Source: the human T2T-CHM13v2.0 reference genome, Homo sapiens. Taken from it: a stretch of DNA of 64,000 bases. Positions 27,561 through 44,114 of this stretch are shown here, in pieces. How positions within the stretch are numbered: the stretch's first letter is position 1; the number at the start of each line of letters is the position of its first letter. Made by a program: the position numbers and the translations under genes. The notes below the pieces were generated by a model. The model was not told the DNA's origin. It did no database searches and worked only from the letters and a program-made list of their open reading frames with translations. The stretch lies in the NCBI RefSeq assembly GCF_009914755.1, contig NC_060925.1; one strand, given 5' to 3'.

Positions 27561-29002
27561 CTATGTGTCTAGAATTGTCAGCGATTCAGCTGGTATTCCT
27601 ACTCTTACTTCCTGAAATTAGGGAGGTGATTCACCACTCCATGAGATAATTTAAAGATCCAATTAGGTTCAGAAAACAGAGGTCTGTGGATGTTCTGCCC
27701 AAACCACCCCCAGACTTGGTAATACTTGAAAGGTGGTAGCTACTATTATTCTTAGGTATTGCTTATGAAAGACCATGGGAAGACAAACACATTTCTTATT
27801 TAGCAAGTACTTCTGGAACATCCACTATGTTCCAGACAGTGTATTAAGGTATGACAGTGCAATTTTACATAAGAGACATTGTTTCTGCCTTCATGGAATT
27901 TACATTCTAGAAGTAGGTTACTCTAAACTCAAATGCCAAATTGACATTAAGGTTGACATCATTTGGTGAAAGTTCAAAGAACACAAATGAGGCTGTGACC
28001 AATGCAAAGCATCATCAATGTGAACAGGCCATCACTTATTGAGTACCTACATACTTCATGTAATATTATTGAGCACAACTCATCTCATTTAGGTTTTTAA
28101 AATAATCTTTATAACAAATCTATGAAGTAGATACTATTATTCTCATTTTTAAGAAATAAGGCTCATAAAGGTTATGAGGCTAGCCAAAAACACAGGGCTT
28201 TTAAGAAGATGAAATGAGATTTGAATCCAAGTCCATCTGATTCCAAGGTTGTGTTCTTCCCATTACGTTCTGCTGCCTCTCTTAAAGATACAAATGTGAG
28301 CAGGTGAACGTTAACCCTCTTAGAAGTGAGGTGTATGCAATCTCTTGAATAAGATGAAATAGGTGGTTACTCCCACACCTGCAGGGCAGAGTGTAGGGGG
28401 TGCTATAATAATACCAGGCATGCAAAGTACAATGGCTCACTGGCATTGATGTTAATTCAACTCCTCATAGGTTTTTCCTAGTGTAGAATATGTTTCCACT
28501 TGTGACCATCCAACAATGGTGAGCACTTGTTCCTTTCAAAGTCAGCCTTCTTTTGTGGTTATACACAAGGGAGTCTGTTCTATGTCACAATGGAAGACCA
28601 CGCTTAGAACTGTGGTCTGGACAGCCCCATGAGGGAATTTCACCTATAGTGCTAATTGAGTTAATGCAGTCTTAGGGCCTTGAACAACTATTTACAGACC
28701 CACAGAAGTCTAGGGACCCTCTGACATCCAAGAGTCTTAAATCTAAAGGCCAACACCAATTGGCAACTCTGGTGTTGCCTATATTTCTTCAAAATAACAA
28801 TGCTAGTCTCAGTGTGGAAAACCACACAGAAAGGTTAATAAACTTGTTGAGAAGGGCCATAAAGGAAGGAAAAAGTCACCCCAATTGTTGAAGTTCATTG
28901 TGGTTTAATGAAAAAAGCCTAAATGTTGGCATCAGACCGTTCTGTTCACTAACTGTGATTCTGGTCAATGTACTACCGACCCTTAAATAATAAAATGTGC
29001 CT

Positions 29003-29008
29003 TACACA

Positions 29009-29046
<38 letters not shown>
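29003..29046. repeat. (CA)n microsatellite
   Basis: Directly visible. Confidence 0.97.
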
Positions 29047-29049
<3 letters not shown>

Positions 29050-29469
29050 GAACAAATCAAGAGACAGAACAATACAATGTTATTTTGTTAACAAAAGTAT
29101 TACAGCTAAACAAATAAAACCAGCAGTATGAGCACTCTCTAGGGGATGGTACTTTGGGTGGCTTGGATTTTCTTCTTTTTGCTGTTTTGTTTTTTTCTAG
29201 ATTTTTTATCACACGCATTCCTTTTGTAAAAAAAATAGATAAAGTAGAAAACAAGATACGCAGTGGCAAAATGTTTGCTCTTAATTTTTGAAATTACATA
29301 AAGTTTAAAACTTAGGAAAAATGATTATAGTATGAGTGTTTGAACAAGAATCCATTGTACTGGCATAGGAAGAATAAACCTTAATATTATTTTTATTAGC
29401 ATTGTTTTTGCAGAAATTGTAGGTGAAATAAATATAATTAATTACTCACCTTTTTTTAAAATATCCAGT

Positions 29470-32245
<2,776 letters not shown>

Positions 32246-32350
32246 TTTTATATATATAATACATATTCATATATATAATGTGTGTACACATATATATAAA
32301 ATGTGTGTGTGTGTATAGTAGTGTTCCATGGTGTGTATGTGTATGTGTGT

Positions 32351-32540
32351 GAGTGCTGGGATTACAGGCGCCCGCCACCATGGCACCCGCCACCACGCCC
32401 AGCTAATTTTCTGTATTTTTAGTAGAGATGGGGTTTCACCATGTTGACCAGGCTAGTCCCAAACTCCTGATGTCAGGTGTTCCACTCGCCTTGACCTCCC
32501 AAAGCGCTGGGATTACAAGCGTGAGCCACCGTGCCCTGCC
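32351..32540 (-). mobile_element. Truncated AluS (left arm, linker and part of right arm; no tail)
   Basis: Begins mid right arm at gagtgctgggattacaggcgcccgcc; ends gagccaccgtgccctgcc. Confidence 0.92.
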
Positions 32541-33743
32541 TAATGACAGCAATTAATTAGCATTATGTGAGGGATTACTCCAAGTGTTCAGTGACATTTA
32601 AGTTGTAATGCATTAAATATGGTGTTGAATGTGCAGGATGCTAGATGGTGTTCCTACAACCTCTTATTATACACAGACTTACAGAGATGTTTATATTAAA
32701 GGAGTTTCACCTGAATGCTAGGCCCTGGGCTGCTGTCTTCTTTCCTCTAAAAATAGCTTAAAATTGAAGGTTTTAACTTTGGCATTAAGAATAACACCCT
32801 CAAGGAAAAAGTTTTGAGAAAAATAATGTATCACAAACATACTTTTAATGCTTCTTTATACGTTACCCTATTTTGTGATTATGAGAGAGAACAAAAATAT
32901 ATACAGAATTGAGGTGGGGGTTAGTAAAAAGCAAGCATTTGATGTATAGAAACAGAAATTGGGAAGAAACATGCCAAAATCGTAATGGCAGTTTTCTCTA
33001 CACACGGGATAATGAATGTATTTTTTTCTATTGATTAAAAAAAAAAAAGATAAATAGCCAAAAACTCCAAAGCCAGGAAAAATAATAGCACTCTGAAACC
33101 TAGTATTTTTAGACTGAAACCCAAGATGAAAGTCTAGGGAGCATTCCTAGTGGAATGCCCATGCATGCAGTAGAATATACAAATGCAGGACACTATCTGG
33201 AAAGCATAGGCAAGACATAAAACATTCATTTCTATAAAATTGAAACAATTTATCTTCCATTCTTGAGCAGATGAGAGGGTAAATTGAGGTTGATTTTTTT
33301 TCACCCTGTTGGACTTGTTGGAGGAAATATGAGTGTTCCCGCCTCTGGCACTGTTTAAAATAAGTCTCTTGGTGCCGTGACTGGACTAGTCAGAGACAAC
33401 AGCTGACAGAGCCTCCCCCCTCCTCTGGGGGTAGACAGCACTGTAGGTGGACTCTCATCACCACGGGGAGGAGGTGGGATGAAGATGTATCCCTCAGTCT
33501 TGGGAAAGCGGGATGCAGAGAAGCAGGCTGTCAAACATAGACTGTCCATCTCCCATCTACAGCTGATCCCTGACTTTCAGAGTATTATATGCTCTTCACA
33601 TTGCTCTCTCTTTTAAATCTTTATTTAACCAACTGACTTGTCTCCAACACCCAGCGGTTACTATGAAGCTTGACTACCAGCTATGTGACCTTGGGCAAGT
33701 TACTTTACCTCTCTGGCTCTCCCTTTCCCAATTAATAAAAGGT

Positions 33744-34031
33744 GCCAGGTGCGGTGGTTCACGCTTGTAATCTCAGCCACTTTGGGAGGCTGAGGCGGGT
33801 GGATCACCTGAGGTCAGGAGTTTAAGACCAGCCTGACCAACATGGAGAAACCCTGTCTCTACTAAAAATACAAAATGAGCCGGGCGTGATGGCACATGCC
33901 TTAATCTCAGCTACTCAGGAGGCTGAGGCAGGAGAATCCCTTGAACCTGGGAGGTGAAGGTTGCGTGAGCCAAGATAGCACCATTGCACTCCAGCCTGGG
34001 CAACAAGAGTGAAATGCCGTCTCAAAAAAAA
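33744..34031 (+). mobile_element. AluSp-like inserted in a MIR
   Basis: ctgaccaacatggagaaacc, gcaacaagag; TSD aattaataaaa. Confidence 0.95.
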
Positions 34032-34984
34032 AATTAATAAAATGCAAGGATCTTTAAAGCTGCACTCAGCCACTTGTCTACAAGCTCATTCTTATTTTCA
34101 TTGGAAAAAGTTAACTGATAAAAGGATGCCTTCTCGAGGCGTCTGGAGACTCCATGTCTTGCTTAAGAAGTGTTCTTAAGTCTGGCTGTGCTTCAGAAAC
34201 ATCTGTGGGAGCTTGTCAAATGTACAGATTCTGGGCCCTCTCCCAGACTTGTGAAATTTAAATCTCTGGGGGTAGACATCTGAAATCAGAAGATACTTAG
34301 GTAGCTGCTCTATGAACCGGCATGCACGAGTCACTCATTAGGGCACATTTTGTTCTTTTATCATCCTGAGTAACCAAGGTTACAATTGCCTCTGAGAGGG
34401 GAGCAAAGGGCATCATTCAAAATGACCACAGTTCAGCACTAGTTCATCAAAGGCCTTTGTGCAAATTAGAAAAAAGTACCCATCTGGACAGATGTGCCCT
34501 TTCTCTCAGAGTTGGCTTGTCTTAGCAAGCATGGGTTGGGTTTTAGCCTTCCATTGCTGGAGAGATGTCCTCTTAGCCTGATGTCCTCTACAAAGAACAG
34601 TGTATCACTGTATTCAGCTGACTGACCACAAGGGTTTTGTGAAAAATCGGTCAAGTTACATGTTTTCGCTTGAGAAAATCCCTGAGAAGGAGGTGCAGAG
34701 TTTCCCAAGCCAACTGGAGGGGACGATTCTGTTAAGTCTGTCTGTGGAGGAAATCCTGGTAGATGGAGATTTACTTTCAAGCACTCAGTTCCTGCCTGCT
34801 CACCCAAGGAAGGGTTTTTTTGTTTTTTTCCTTTTAAGGGACAATGTTTCTGCTAGAATCAGGTTTCAGCAGGGCACCTCTAGAGAGAAGAAACAGAACT
34901 TTAGGTTTAATTCCAAGAGCCCCTTTGGTCTGTTGGACACAGAAAAACGTAAGAGAAAAGGTAGTGGCATTTTCATTGACTCCT

Positions 34985-35400
34985 AGGGGAAGAGGAGAAG
35001 ATAAAAGTAAGAGAGAGAGAAAGAGAGGAAGAGAGAGAGGAGAGGAAGGGGGGGTGGAGAGGAAGACAGAGAGGAAGAGGGAGAGGGAGAGGAAGAGAGA
35101 GAGAGAGGGAGAGGAAGAGAGAGAGGGAGACAGGAAGAGAGAGAGGGAGACAGGAAGAGAGAGCGGGAGATAGGAAGAGGGAGAGGAAGAGAGAGAGGGA
35201 GAGGAAGAGCAAGAGAGGGAGGAAGAGAGAGAAAGAAGAAGGAGGAGGAAGAGAAGAAGAAGGAGGAGGAAGAGAAGAAGAAGGAGGAGGAGGAAGAGGA
35301 GAAGGAGGATGAATAAAATAAACTGCTGAATGAATATGCTGGAAACCCTTATTAGCAATAAGTGATAATGATGAGAGAGAAAGAGAGAGAGAGGAAGAAG
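34985..35400. repeat. GA-rich polypurine low-complexity tract
   Basis: About 320 nt nearly pure A/G with GAGAGAGGGAGAGGAA-type and GAAGAAGGAGGAG-type units, plus a shorter GA run near 35370-35400. Confidence 0.95.
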
Positions 35401-38205
35401 AATTAAAAGAGAGCTAATGGGAAGATAATCCCATTTGTGGATGGCAAAGCAATGACAGAAGCTGGGCACAGACAATGAAGTCTGGGCTGGAGGGCAGGAA
35501 ACGAGGGCACCCAGAGATAAAGAAACAGCCATAGTCTGGCCAGCAAATCTTGTTTGAGAGGTCGGATGAAGGTGAACGGGACAGCAGTGACATGGAAACC
35601 AGCAAAGGGATGGGAGAAGTAACAGCCAGATGATGAGCTAGAAATAGGCAAAGAGTCAGAAATTTCCTATGTCACAGCAGACTGTCTGACCCCACCTGAG
35701 TCACCTCAGAAAAGACTTTGGGCTGGTCAAAGAAACAAGACATGGCCTAAGACCTGGGCTTGGAATCACAGCTACAGCTCAACATGCCAGTCACTGCCCT
35801 AAGATGGTCTAAGCATTTACACTTTGATGACAGCTGAGAGGAGGTTCTTGCTCAGTTTTAGGTGGACAGGAGAAGTCAGGATTGATTTTGGATCTTTTTG
35901 AATAATTAGTGAAGGCTGGTCTCACCTCATCCTAGAACTCAGAGGCAAAGGTATCCTCTCCACCAGATGTGGTCTTTGTCCTTTTAGTGGTCTCTAAGGA
36001 ACTGTTAAGAATGACATCCTTCAGGCAGGACAAAATAAAAACACCTCCTGTCAAGGACATGTTTTGAGCAAGACAGAGGAGCTGAGGCCAGTCATGATGA
36101 ACACAGTCCTCATTCTTGGCTTCAAGTGGGAACTGGCTCCTATGGTTTGGGACATTTGCTCCTTATAAAGATATAGATTCCCTAAGCAGTCACTCCTGAG
36201 CGGGTGAGAAGTAGGAAGAAGTTGCAGAAATAGAAGGGAAGACAGTATGCACCTGGGACAATGAGAATGACATATTAAGGCAGCATGGGCCATGTATGAG
36301 TAAGTGAATGTGTGTGTGCCTGTGTGCACCTACTTGGCATGTCATGGTAAGTGCATTGCCTCCAGAGCAGGCAGTGTAAGGAAGAAGTACTCTGATGGGC
36401 AGGACCATTCCTGACAACAGCTTCTAACACCTTGGAGAAACACCTGTTCATTTTCCACAGCAGGTCACTTCCCATCTCATGAATGATCGCTCTGTCTCCA
36501 TCCTTCAGCATTGAAATCTAGTGATATTTTATATCTCTCTAGTGGGGAATCTCCTTGGTGTTGCCCTCTGTATCTGAGATGCCAGAATAAGAAATCAGGC
36601 TATTATTTACTGGGAATCCTCACATGCATGAATTTAACCTAATTGTAATCTTCTGAAAATTGTATCTAGAGGCCCTTGGGTGTACTTTTAATTTAACAAA
36701 AAAACATGATTATAGTCTTTCGTAATCATTTCCAAAGTAGCTACATAAATCTGTTTTTCCTCCTCTAATATTTTCATGTAAATCAATCTCTCTTGCCTCC
36801 TCCACCCTTGTTTATTGTTTTCAATTCTCTTCTGTGAAAATTTCCAATTTGTCCTTGTTGTCCTAGCAAACAAATATCAAACACAGACTTTAATAGTCTG
36901 TGTTTAATAGTCTGTGTCTATGCAGCCACAGGGATAGCAGGCCAAGGAGTTATTCAGTGAATTCATACAGGGGAGACAGAAGACAAGGTAAGCCACTGTG
37001 CAGGGCTAAGACCTGTCCACCCTGGGTCCTGTGCCTGGCAGCAGGGTCACAAGGGATGTTGTGGCAGGGAATGATTGATTTTGTTGCCAACCTCAAAGAC
37101 CAAGGCTGTAACCTCAAACATTCCATGTTCTTTTAATAACCCATTAGAAATCTGTCATCTGTGACTTTGTTTAAATCTTTCTGAAGCTATTTTTACTCTT
37201 AGTGAATAGGACCTTCTTGTGCACTGAATTCAATGATCTTGTAATTTGCCATCTGGACCCTGTCACCTGGCTGAGCTGAAGTGACTAGCTTCACCACTAA
37301 GACCAACACACAAATGTTTCAACCTGCCTCATTTCTGCCTGAGCAATTGTGGCAGAACTGGAGTCACCAGGAAATGATTGCAACCTCCTCGATTCACATG
37401 CTTTCTGCATATGGTCTCCAATTCTCTGCCATTCTTGGCTGTTTGGTCTTGACTTTTATCTACAAGACAATTTTAGGAATATGTTTTACTGAGATAATCC
37501 AGATAAATAAAAGTCTAGCTAACCCCAAGAGGTTTCGTGTTTGTTTCTTTGCTTTTTAGGATCATTTAAATTTAATATGAAAGGTCCCAAAAAAGTAAAG
37601 TGTAGTGAGAGTACACCTGGAACGTCTCCCTCCCTCCTGCTAGCGGGTCTAGTATGGGAGCTTTAATGTCCACAGCCTCAGTAAACAAGACCTCTTTGCT
37701 ATCTAGTCTTTTGCCACCTTACCAGCCTCTTATCCTCTCTCTGTAAAGTGAATTCTTATGCTACATTGAGCTTTTTATTTACCATTCCTGAAAAAACCAT
37801 GTTTCTCATGTCTCCGTACCTTTCTGCATGCTAGTTCCCTTTGCTTAGAATGATCTTTGTTATCTGGCAAGTAGAACAGTTCACAATCCAAATTCTCCAT
37901 GAAACCCTATTCCATATTTTTGACCTCACATAAGTCACCCCTTAAATTTCAATCCCACAGACTTTCGCTCACATCTTTATTTTAGTAAGTATTAGATTTC
38001 ATTGCAATTACTTGTTACTCTTTCAACTGTCTACGTAGACTGTTAGTTCTTCCAGAGCAGGAACCCATCTTCTTCTATAAATAACAACCTAGCATACCCT
38101 GGACCACAATAGGTAATGGGGTGAATATCTGTTGAAAACACAAATGAGTAGGAGAATAAATGATGGAGTGGTGAGAGAATTACTATAAACAAACTGGCTT
38201 CCTGT

Positions 38206-38412
38206 CATGCACATACACACACACACACACACAAACACACACATACCATACAATCACACATATACCACATGTGCACACATAATGCACAGGCACCACTCAC
38301 ACACACACACACACCACACACACACATGCATGCACACACACACATACACCACACACATGCATACACACATGCACACACATGCGTGCACACACACAAACAC
38401 ACACACATGCAC
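38206..38412. repeat. Degenerate (CA)n tract
   Basis: Directly visible. Confidence 0.95.
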
Positions 38413-40049
38413 ATTCAGGACCAGGAAACTAGAAGGAGGCAGAGGCTGGGTAAAGTTGCAGGTGCCACTCCTCCACCTCAAAAAAAAAATCAATTTGTAA
38501 CTTCTTATATTAGTGTCCTTGATCAATTTTCTTCCTTGTCTGAAAGTCATAAAGGCTTATTGCTACTTTTCTCCTGGTACATTGACCTTGATACTTCACT
38601 AAAGAATTTGTTTTAACTATTTGGCCTAGGATTTGGTTGTTCTACTTCAAAGGAATGTTCAGCTATTTTAATGTACGCAATACAAGAATATGAAGTGAAA
38701 ACCATTCACACATGGGCTGCTTACCTCCACTTCAGGAGAATTAAATAAAATATTCAGGAAAATCAGACATACCATTGATTTTTCCATAATACCCCAATAT
38801 GTATCATTAGTTGGCAATCTGTCAGACAGTTTTCAATTCGAGTGACAGTCTTCATGTTCAAACAAATTTCGATTAATTTTGTGAGAATCATTTAAAGAAA
38901 CATGGCATCGGATCCCTGATTTAAATCAAGATGTATGGCATCTTATACTTTTCACTTACCTTGTCATTTTATGAGGAAAAATACAGTCATTTGTCTGGCG
39001 CTTTTTTAATACTGAGTACATATAAACTCACACTGCTTATCACTCCTGGTTCCATTATCCTCAAGGTACTCACTTTTTTCCTCCTCCTAACAGTTGCTCC
39101 ATTATTTTATTAGTGTCCAAAATGAGACCTCATAGACAGTGATGATCATAGAATAATGGAAATTAAAGATGGAAATGACAGATTAGGTCTTCTTGTCTAT
39201 TTCCTGGGGCTAATGTTTCTGTCAGTCTATAACTCACTGCTTTAGCCTGTCTTGTTTTAAATGACACTTATGCTGGGACCTCAAACATTTCCCCTGAGAC
39301 TCTTGTCTACATCCTAAGACTGTCTCTACATACAGCCAGAGGGAATGATGAAGGCTTATGCAATTATCAAGTGAAGTCAGGCCCATCCTCACATGATCTG
39401 TCTACAAGGCTAGAGATGTGGAGGCTTGAGTGATTAACCACCAAATCCAGTCACTACAGCGAGCCAGCCTGGATCACTCAGGGCAGAAGTGAAATATTTT
39501 GTCATTGTTTTCTCCAGCAGCAAGTCAGCAGCTAAGAGACAGAGATTGGTTATCCATCACTTTTTTACACTATTTTAATCAGTAAGAACCACAGTCCACC
39601 GCAATTCTTAGCCATCCCATTAGCTAAAATTTTGGATCCCCAGAAACTATGCAAACATTTCAGAGGCAAAGATGGTAAGGGGACTCCATAGAATGTAAAT
39701 AGCCAGTGGTATTACTCATTCATATCCCACTGCACATCTATCAGCCAAACCTTCTGCCCTTCTCCCCAATCTTTCAATAACAGGCTGCCTCATATGTAGC
39801 TGCCCTTCTACAAACACCTTCCTCTAAAATTTGTGGGCTCTCTCTGTGATATGATCTCAAATTCTGCCAAAACTGAGCAATCCTTCATTTTCACGAACAG
39901 AAAAATTTCATGGCGTTTTGACTTCCCCAAGTTTTCTGACCTGTGACTCAGATTTCCTTTCCCCAACTGCATTTTCTCTTGTCCTTATCCCCCAACTTCA
40001 ACCTGTTCCAGAACATTTGCCCTCTCCTAACATCTATGGGCATCTATCA

Positions 40050-40420
40050 TGCCTTGACTTAGTCATCAGCTGGCTAAGTTCTCAGAGTTGAGTTCTTCTA
40101 TCCCTTTATCATAAATCACTCCCTTGGGCTCTTCAATCATTTTTATTGCTCTTCTCCAAACGCTCACCCATTTGTCACCATATTTATTGCTTTGAGAGTC
40201 CAGAACTACATTCAGTATTCTAGGTTTGGTCTCATCAGAATCACACGGAAGGGGCAGATCATTGACCTCAGGGATGTGAGTCCTCCATGGCGATGTCTGA
40301 AATGACATTGGTTTCTTTTTTCCACCTGTCAAGCTGCAAACACATATCTAATTTGCAATCCAAGCAACCATTCTGAGATGGCTTTTGCCTTGATTTCTTT
40401 CTAGTTTTTCCTGTTCCATT
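40050..40420 (-). mobile_element. L3/CR1 remnant
   Basis: gcttctccaaacgctc...tccagaactacattcagtattctaggtttggtctcatcag, typical of reverse-strand CR1. Confidence 0.6.
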
Positions 40421-40549
40421 GATTGCTATTATTAGTTCGCATTTATTGATCCCCTTCTCCTCCCACCCTCCTTCAGGACCCAGCCAATGCAGAAAGTTAA
40501 CTCTCAACATCTAAAGGAAACTAAAAAGTTGCTTTTAAAAAGTAATAGA

Positions 40550-40715
40550 GGGCAGGGCACAGTGGCTCATGCCAGTAAACCCAGCACTTTGGGAGGCTGA
40601 GGTGGGAGGATGGCTTGAGGCCAGGAGTTGGATGTTACTGTGAGCTATGATCATGCCACTACACTCCAGCCTGGGCAACAAAGCAAGACAATGTCTCAAT
40701 TAAAAAAAAAAAAAA
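40550..40715 (+). mobile_element. Free Alu monomer (FRAM/FAM-like), followed by an old L1M 3' end (about 40730-40870)
   Basis: Single about 165-bp monomer with gtgagctatgatcatgccact and poly-A; L1M 3' motif aatgccactgaattgtatacttaaaaatggttaa. Confidence 0.85.
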
Positions 40716-41442
40716 GGCAATAGAAAGTGAATAGTGGGATGCTTGCATAATGTGAATTTACTTAATGCCACTGAATTGTATACTTAAAAATGGTTAAATG
40801 ACACATTGTATGTTATATATTTTTTATCCCAATAAAACATTCCAAAATGTAAAAAATAAAAACAAAAAAGGAATACATGAGATAACTACTTTGTCCCACT
40901 CGTGTGTGTCTAGGGGAAAACAAAAGTCTCATTGGGAAATGGTAATTGGGGATCAAGCAAAAATACTCTCTTATTCAATACAGAGTACTTCCTGAGTCTC
41001 TGTATGTCACCCCTGCTGACAGTCCTGGTGAAAACAAATTTCCACTCATGTCAGTCTTGCAAAGCTCATCAGGCTCTGGGAGAGCTACATTGGAGTCTCT
41101 GTGGCTTCATGTGTCTCCAACAAAATCATCAGCTAAATTCTGCCTGTGGAATCCTCATGGCTGGTGGTGGTGTGAAAAGGAAGAGAGGGACAGCTTGATT
41201 TTCAGATCCCAGCTGGAAGCTGCAGGGCTGCGAGTCAGAGGCTCGTAAATGGAGAAAAAGATGATATAGACGTCACTGGAATGGTATAAATATGGAAAGG
41301 CATAGTGACATTTTTACCCATTTGCTGTTCAGAATATAGCCACCCTTTAGCTCTATTCCTCTCCATGCAGTTGCTCCACGTCATGTCTGTGTAAGGAGCA
41401 GTGATATGTGGGAACCAGCTAAGTCGTCATGCCCTCACTTAC

Positions 41443-41527
41443 CCCTGGTTTGTCCCCCATTCGTTCCGAATGCAAAGGTGCTTATGTACTGGATCCTTCA
41501 TGTAGCCTTCATAGCAGAGGCATTCCC
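41443..41527 (-). CDS. ASTN1: ASTN1 coding exon (probably exon 8), 85 nt; second half of the EGF-like domain; absent from the ORF track
   Basis: ccctgcttctaAG|GG GAA TGC CTC TGC; (G)ECLCYEGYMKDPVHKHLCIRNEWGTNQ(G); donor CAGGG|GTaagt; phase 1 to 2. Confidence 0.94.
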
Positions 41528-44100
41528 CTTAGAAGCAGGGTAAGGAGGAAGAAAGAGAAACATGAAGGAATTGATTAACATGTCTGTGTTTGTAAAAATT
41601 AACATGAAATAGTCAGGGTAAACTCTTACTCTGATATTAGCATGAATGAGACAGTAAGTTCCATTATGTCATATACTCCCCTCTCCACCACTCACATAAA
41701 TGAATACTCCAACCAATCTCTCCATTCTCCAGTGTGTGATACTTTTCATAGAAGAGGAATCTAGTATTTAGAAAGCATCTATTATATATGTTCTGTAAGC
41801 ACAAAGACCAACAATTCTTTGAGGAAAAGGACTTTTTCATCTTTATTTTCTCAATGCCCAGTATACTACAAGGCACACAGTAGATGAATAATAATGTTTA
41901 AAGACTGCATAAGTGAATTATTTCACCAAATATTTCTAGGAATCTTGGAAAGTAGGTATTATTGGCTATGTTATGCTAATGGGAAAAACAGCCTTGAGAA
42001 AATTGAAGGCTTGTAGACAGCTTGTAAGTGACAGAGTTAATGTTTGAGCCTATGTCTGTCTGACTCCAGACCTTTTTCTCCCACCATGCCAGGCTGCTAG
42101 CTCATAGAACAACTACTATATGCACAGGAGGCCTCTTACATCTATTATGGTTTTAAAGGAACTCTGGGTTTTAGCTTTTAAGTAAAAATGATTAATTATC
42201 TGGGAGTGGGTCACCAGAAGAATCATCTACAATTCCACATTTATTTAGGATATCACTACATTTTATTATAATTTGTTATTCCATTAGTATACCAAGGGAC
42301 CCATGAATCTTCTGGAATTTCATGCAAAACTGTATATGTGTGTATATGCATTTTTTTTGAGGCAGGGTCCCATAACATTCATCTTATTTACAAGTAAATC
42401 CAAGATCCCCAAAAGATTAAGAATCATTGCTCTATTTACTACCGATTTTGAAGAAAATTTTTGCTGCTTCATTATGTTAATAATTCTTTATGCAATGAGA
42501 TGTAGCCCAAACTACTGAGGCCAGTTACACTACAACACTAGTTCCTACTATTTAAATGTCTGCTTAATTTATACCTTGTGAAAGAACAAAGTGTGACTTT
42601 CCAAAATTTGTAAATAACAAAGGTGCCATGCCCTAGTGAAATGATGGGCATACCATTTCTTTATCTCCCCAGAAAGAAACACTTTAAGATGATATAAATA
42701 GAATAATAGCTTTGAGTGCTATTTTCTCTTTTCTGAAGATAAAATCCAGTAAAAACGAAGTGAAGGGGCCTCACAGTTAAGGGGGAAGGTATTGGATAGG
42801 GCCTGAGCAAGAGCTTTTTTTAGCATCTTAGCTTAGCCATTCATTTCAAGATTGACCTACAAGCGGCTGTCCATCAGAGCCTCACTACCAGATCACACCA
42901 TTTTTGTCCCCCACAGCAGTTCAGCTCAATGTTCTGAGAAGTAGAGTGAAAACCTCTTCATTTGTAAAAAAAAAAAAAAAAAAAGCCCACAGGGAGTATT
43001 TGATCAGGACATTGTCTCCTGCATGGTGAATTCTGGCTTCTACATGGGCTGGATCCACAGTAGGTTCAAGTTTATTGGCTTCAGTGGTACTGAGCTATAT
43101 CTAGAAATGGTCAGGGAGCTCTGAGCCAAAAATAGAAAAACACAGCTTTAAATTAGATGGTTGACGATAAGGTTTGTGGATGAAGGCTGTTTATTTGAGA
43201 AAAGGAAAGATAAAGAAGGCAACTACTGGGGAGGGCAAAAGAAGAGAGTACCAGGAGCCTGGCTTCATTGAGAAGGCTTCACACCTTCTCAATTCCAAAG
43301 AAAGCACGGATGCTAGACTATAAGATACATAGGGCAGAAACAAGGAACGAGGTTAGTCTTCCCCCATATGAGTAGGTCTTTGACAAATACTGTGCAGTAG
43401 AAAATAAATTAATTAAAGGATTTGCCCTATATTTACAGATATTTACACCTCACCCCCAAGATGCAGATATGTAAGCCAGTTAATAGGTCAAGGTCTCAAA
43501 TATACTTTTCCTTTCGGGAAAGACACTCTCCTGGTTGTCCTTCTGTGGACAATTAGCCATGGGCATATTTAGAAGCAGGAAGTAACCTTAGGAGTTTGTC
43601 AAAGCCATCACTCTGACTCTTAGAATGGTCTCGGCTAGATGCCTTGCCTAGAATTAGGGATTGACAAAAATGGGAGTTCTCTTCCACATTTGATATCTAG
43701 TTACCACAAAACATGTAAAAATAAATGCAGTAACAACTCAAAGTTCAAGCCGAGCCTTATTTTCCTAATGACAGCAATACCTACCATTTGTATAGCACAT
43801 TTACCTTCTGAAATTGCCTTCGTAGTCATTATCTCCTTATGAGGCTTCCGTCACTCATTACAATGTGGGGACATACTGCCGACAACCAATAAAGCTTTCC
43901 TCCACATAATGGCAGATGCAGCCCAAAGTCCAAGAAACAGAGAAATTTTCAAACACATCATGCTAGATTTTGGGGATCTCCAAAATTTGCCTCTCACAGG
44001 ATCCTTATTTCTGGAACCCACCAAGCATTCCTCGTCTGTATTCCTCCACAAAACCAGTTTGGCCATCTCCAACGAAAGGATTTCAGACTTGATGGGGGAA

Positions 44101-44114
44101 GTTGCTATGGCAAC
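44101..44114. promoter_or_regulatory. Candidate RFX X-box
   Basis: GTTGCTATGGCAAC fits the X-box consensus GTNRCY-AT-RGYAAC; function not shown. Confidence 0.55.

Noticed and set aside
34834-35532. 232-aa ORF (longest in the track) and overlapping Glu/Arg-rich ORFs
   Set aside because: Translation of the GA/CT low-complexity tract; no splice or domain evidence
38205-38616. His/Thr- and Cys/Val-rich ORFs
   Set aside because: Translations of the (CA)n tract
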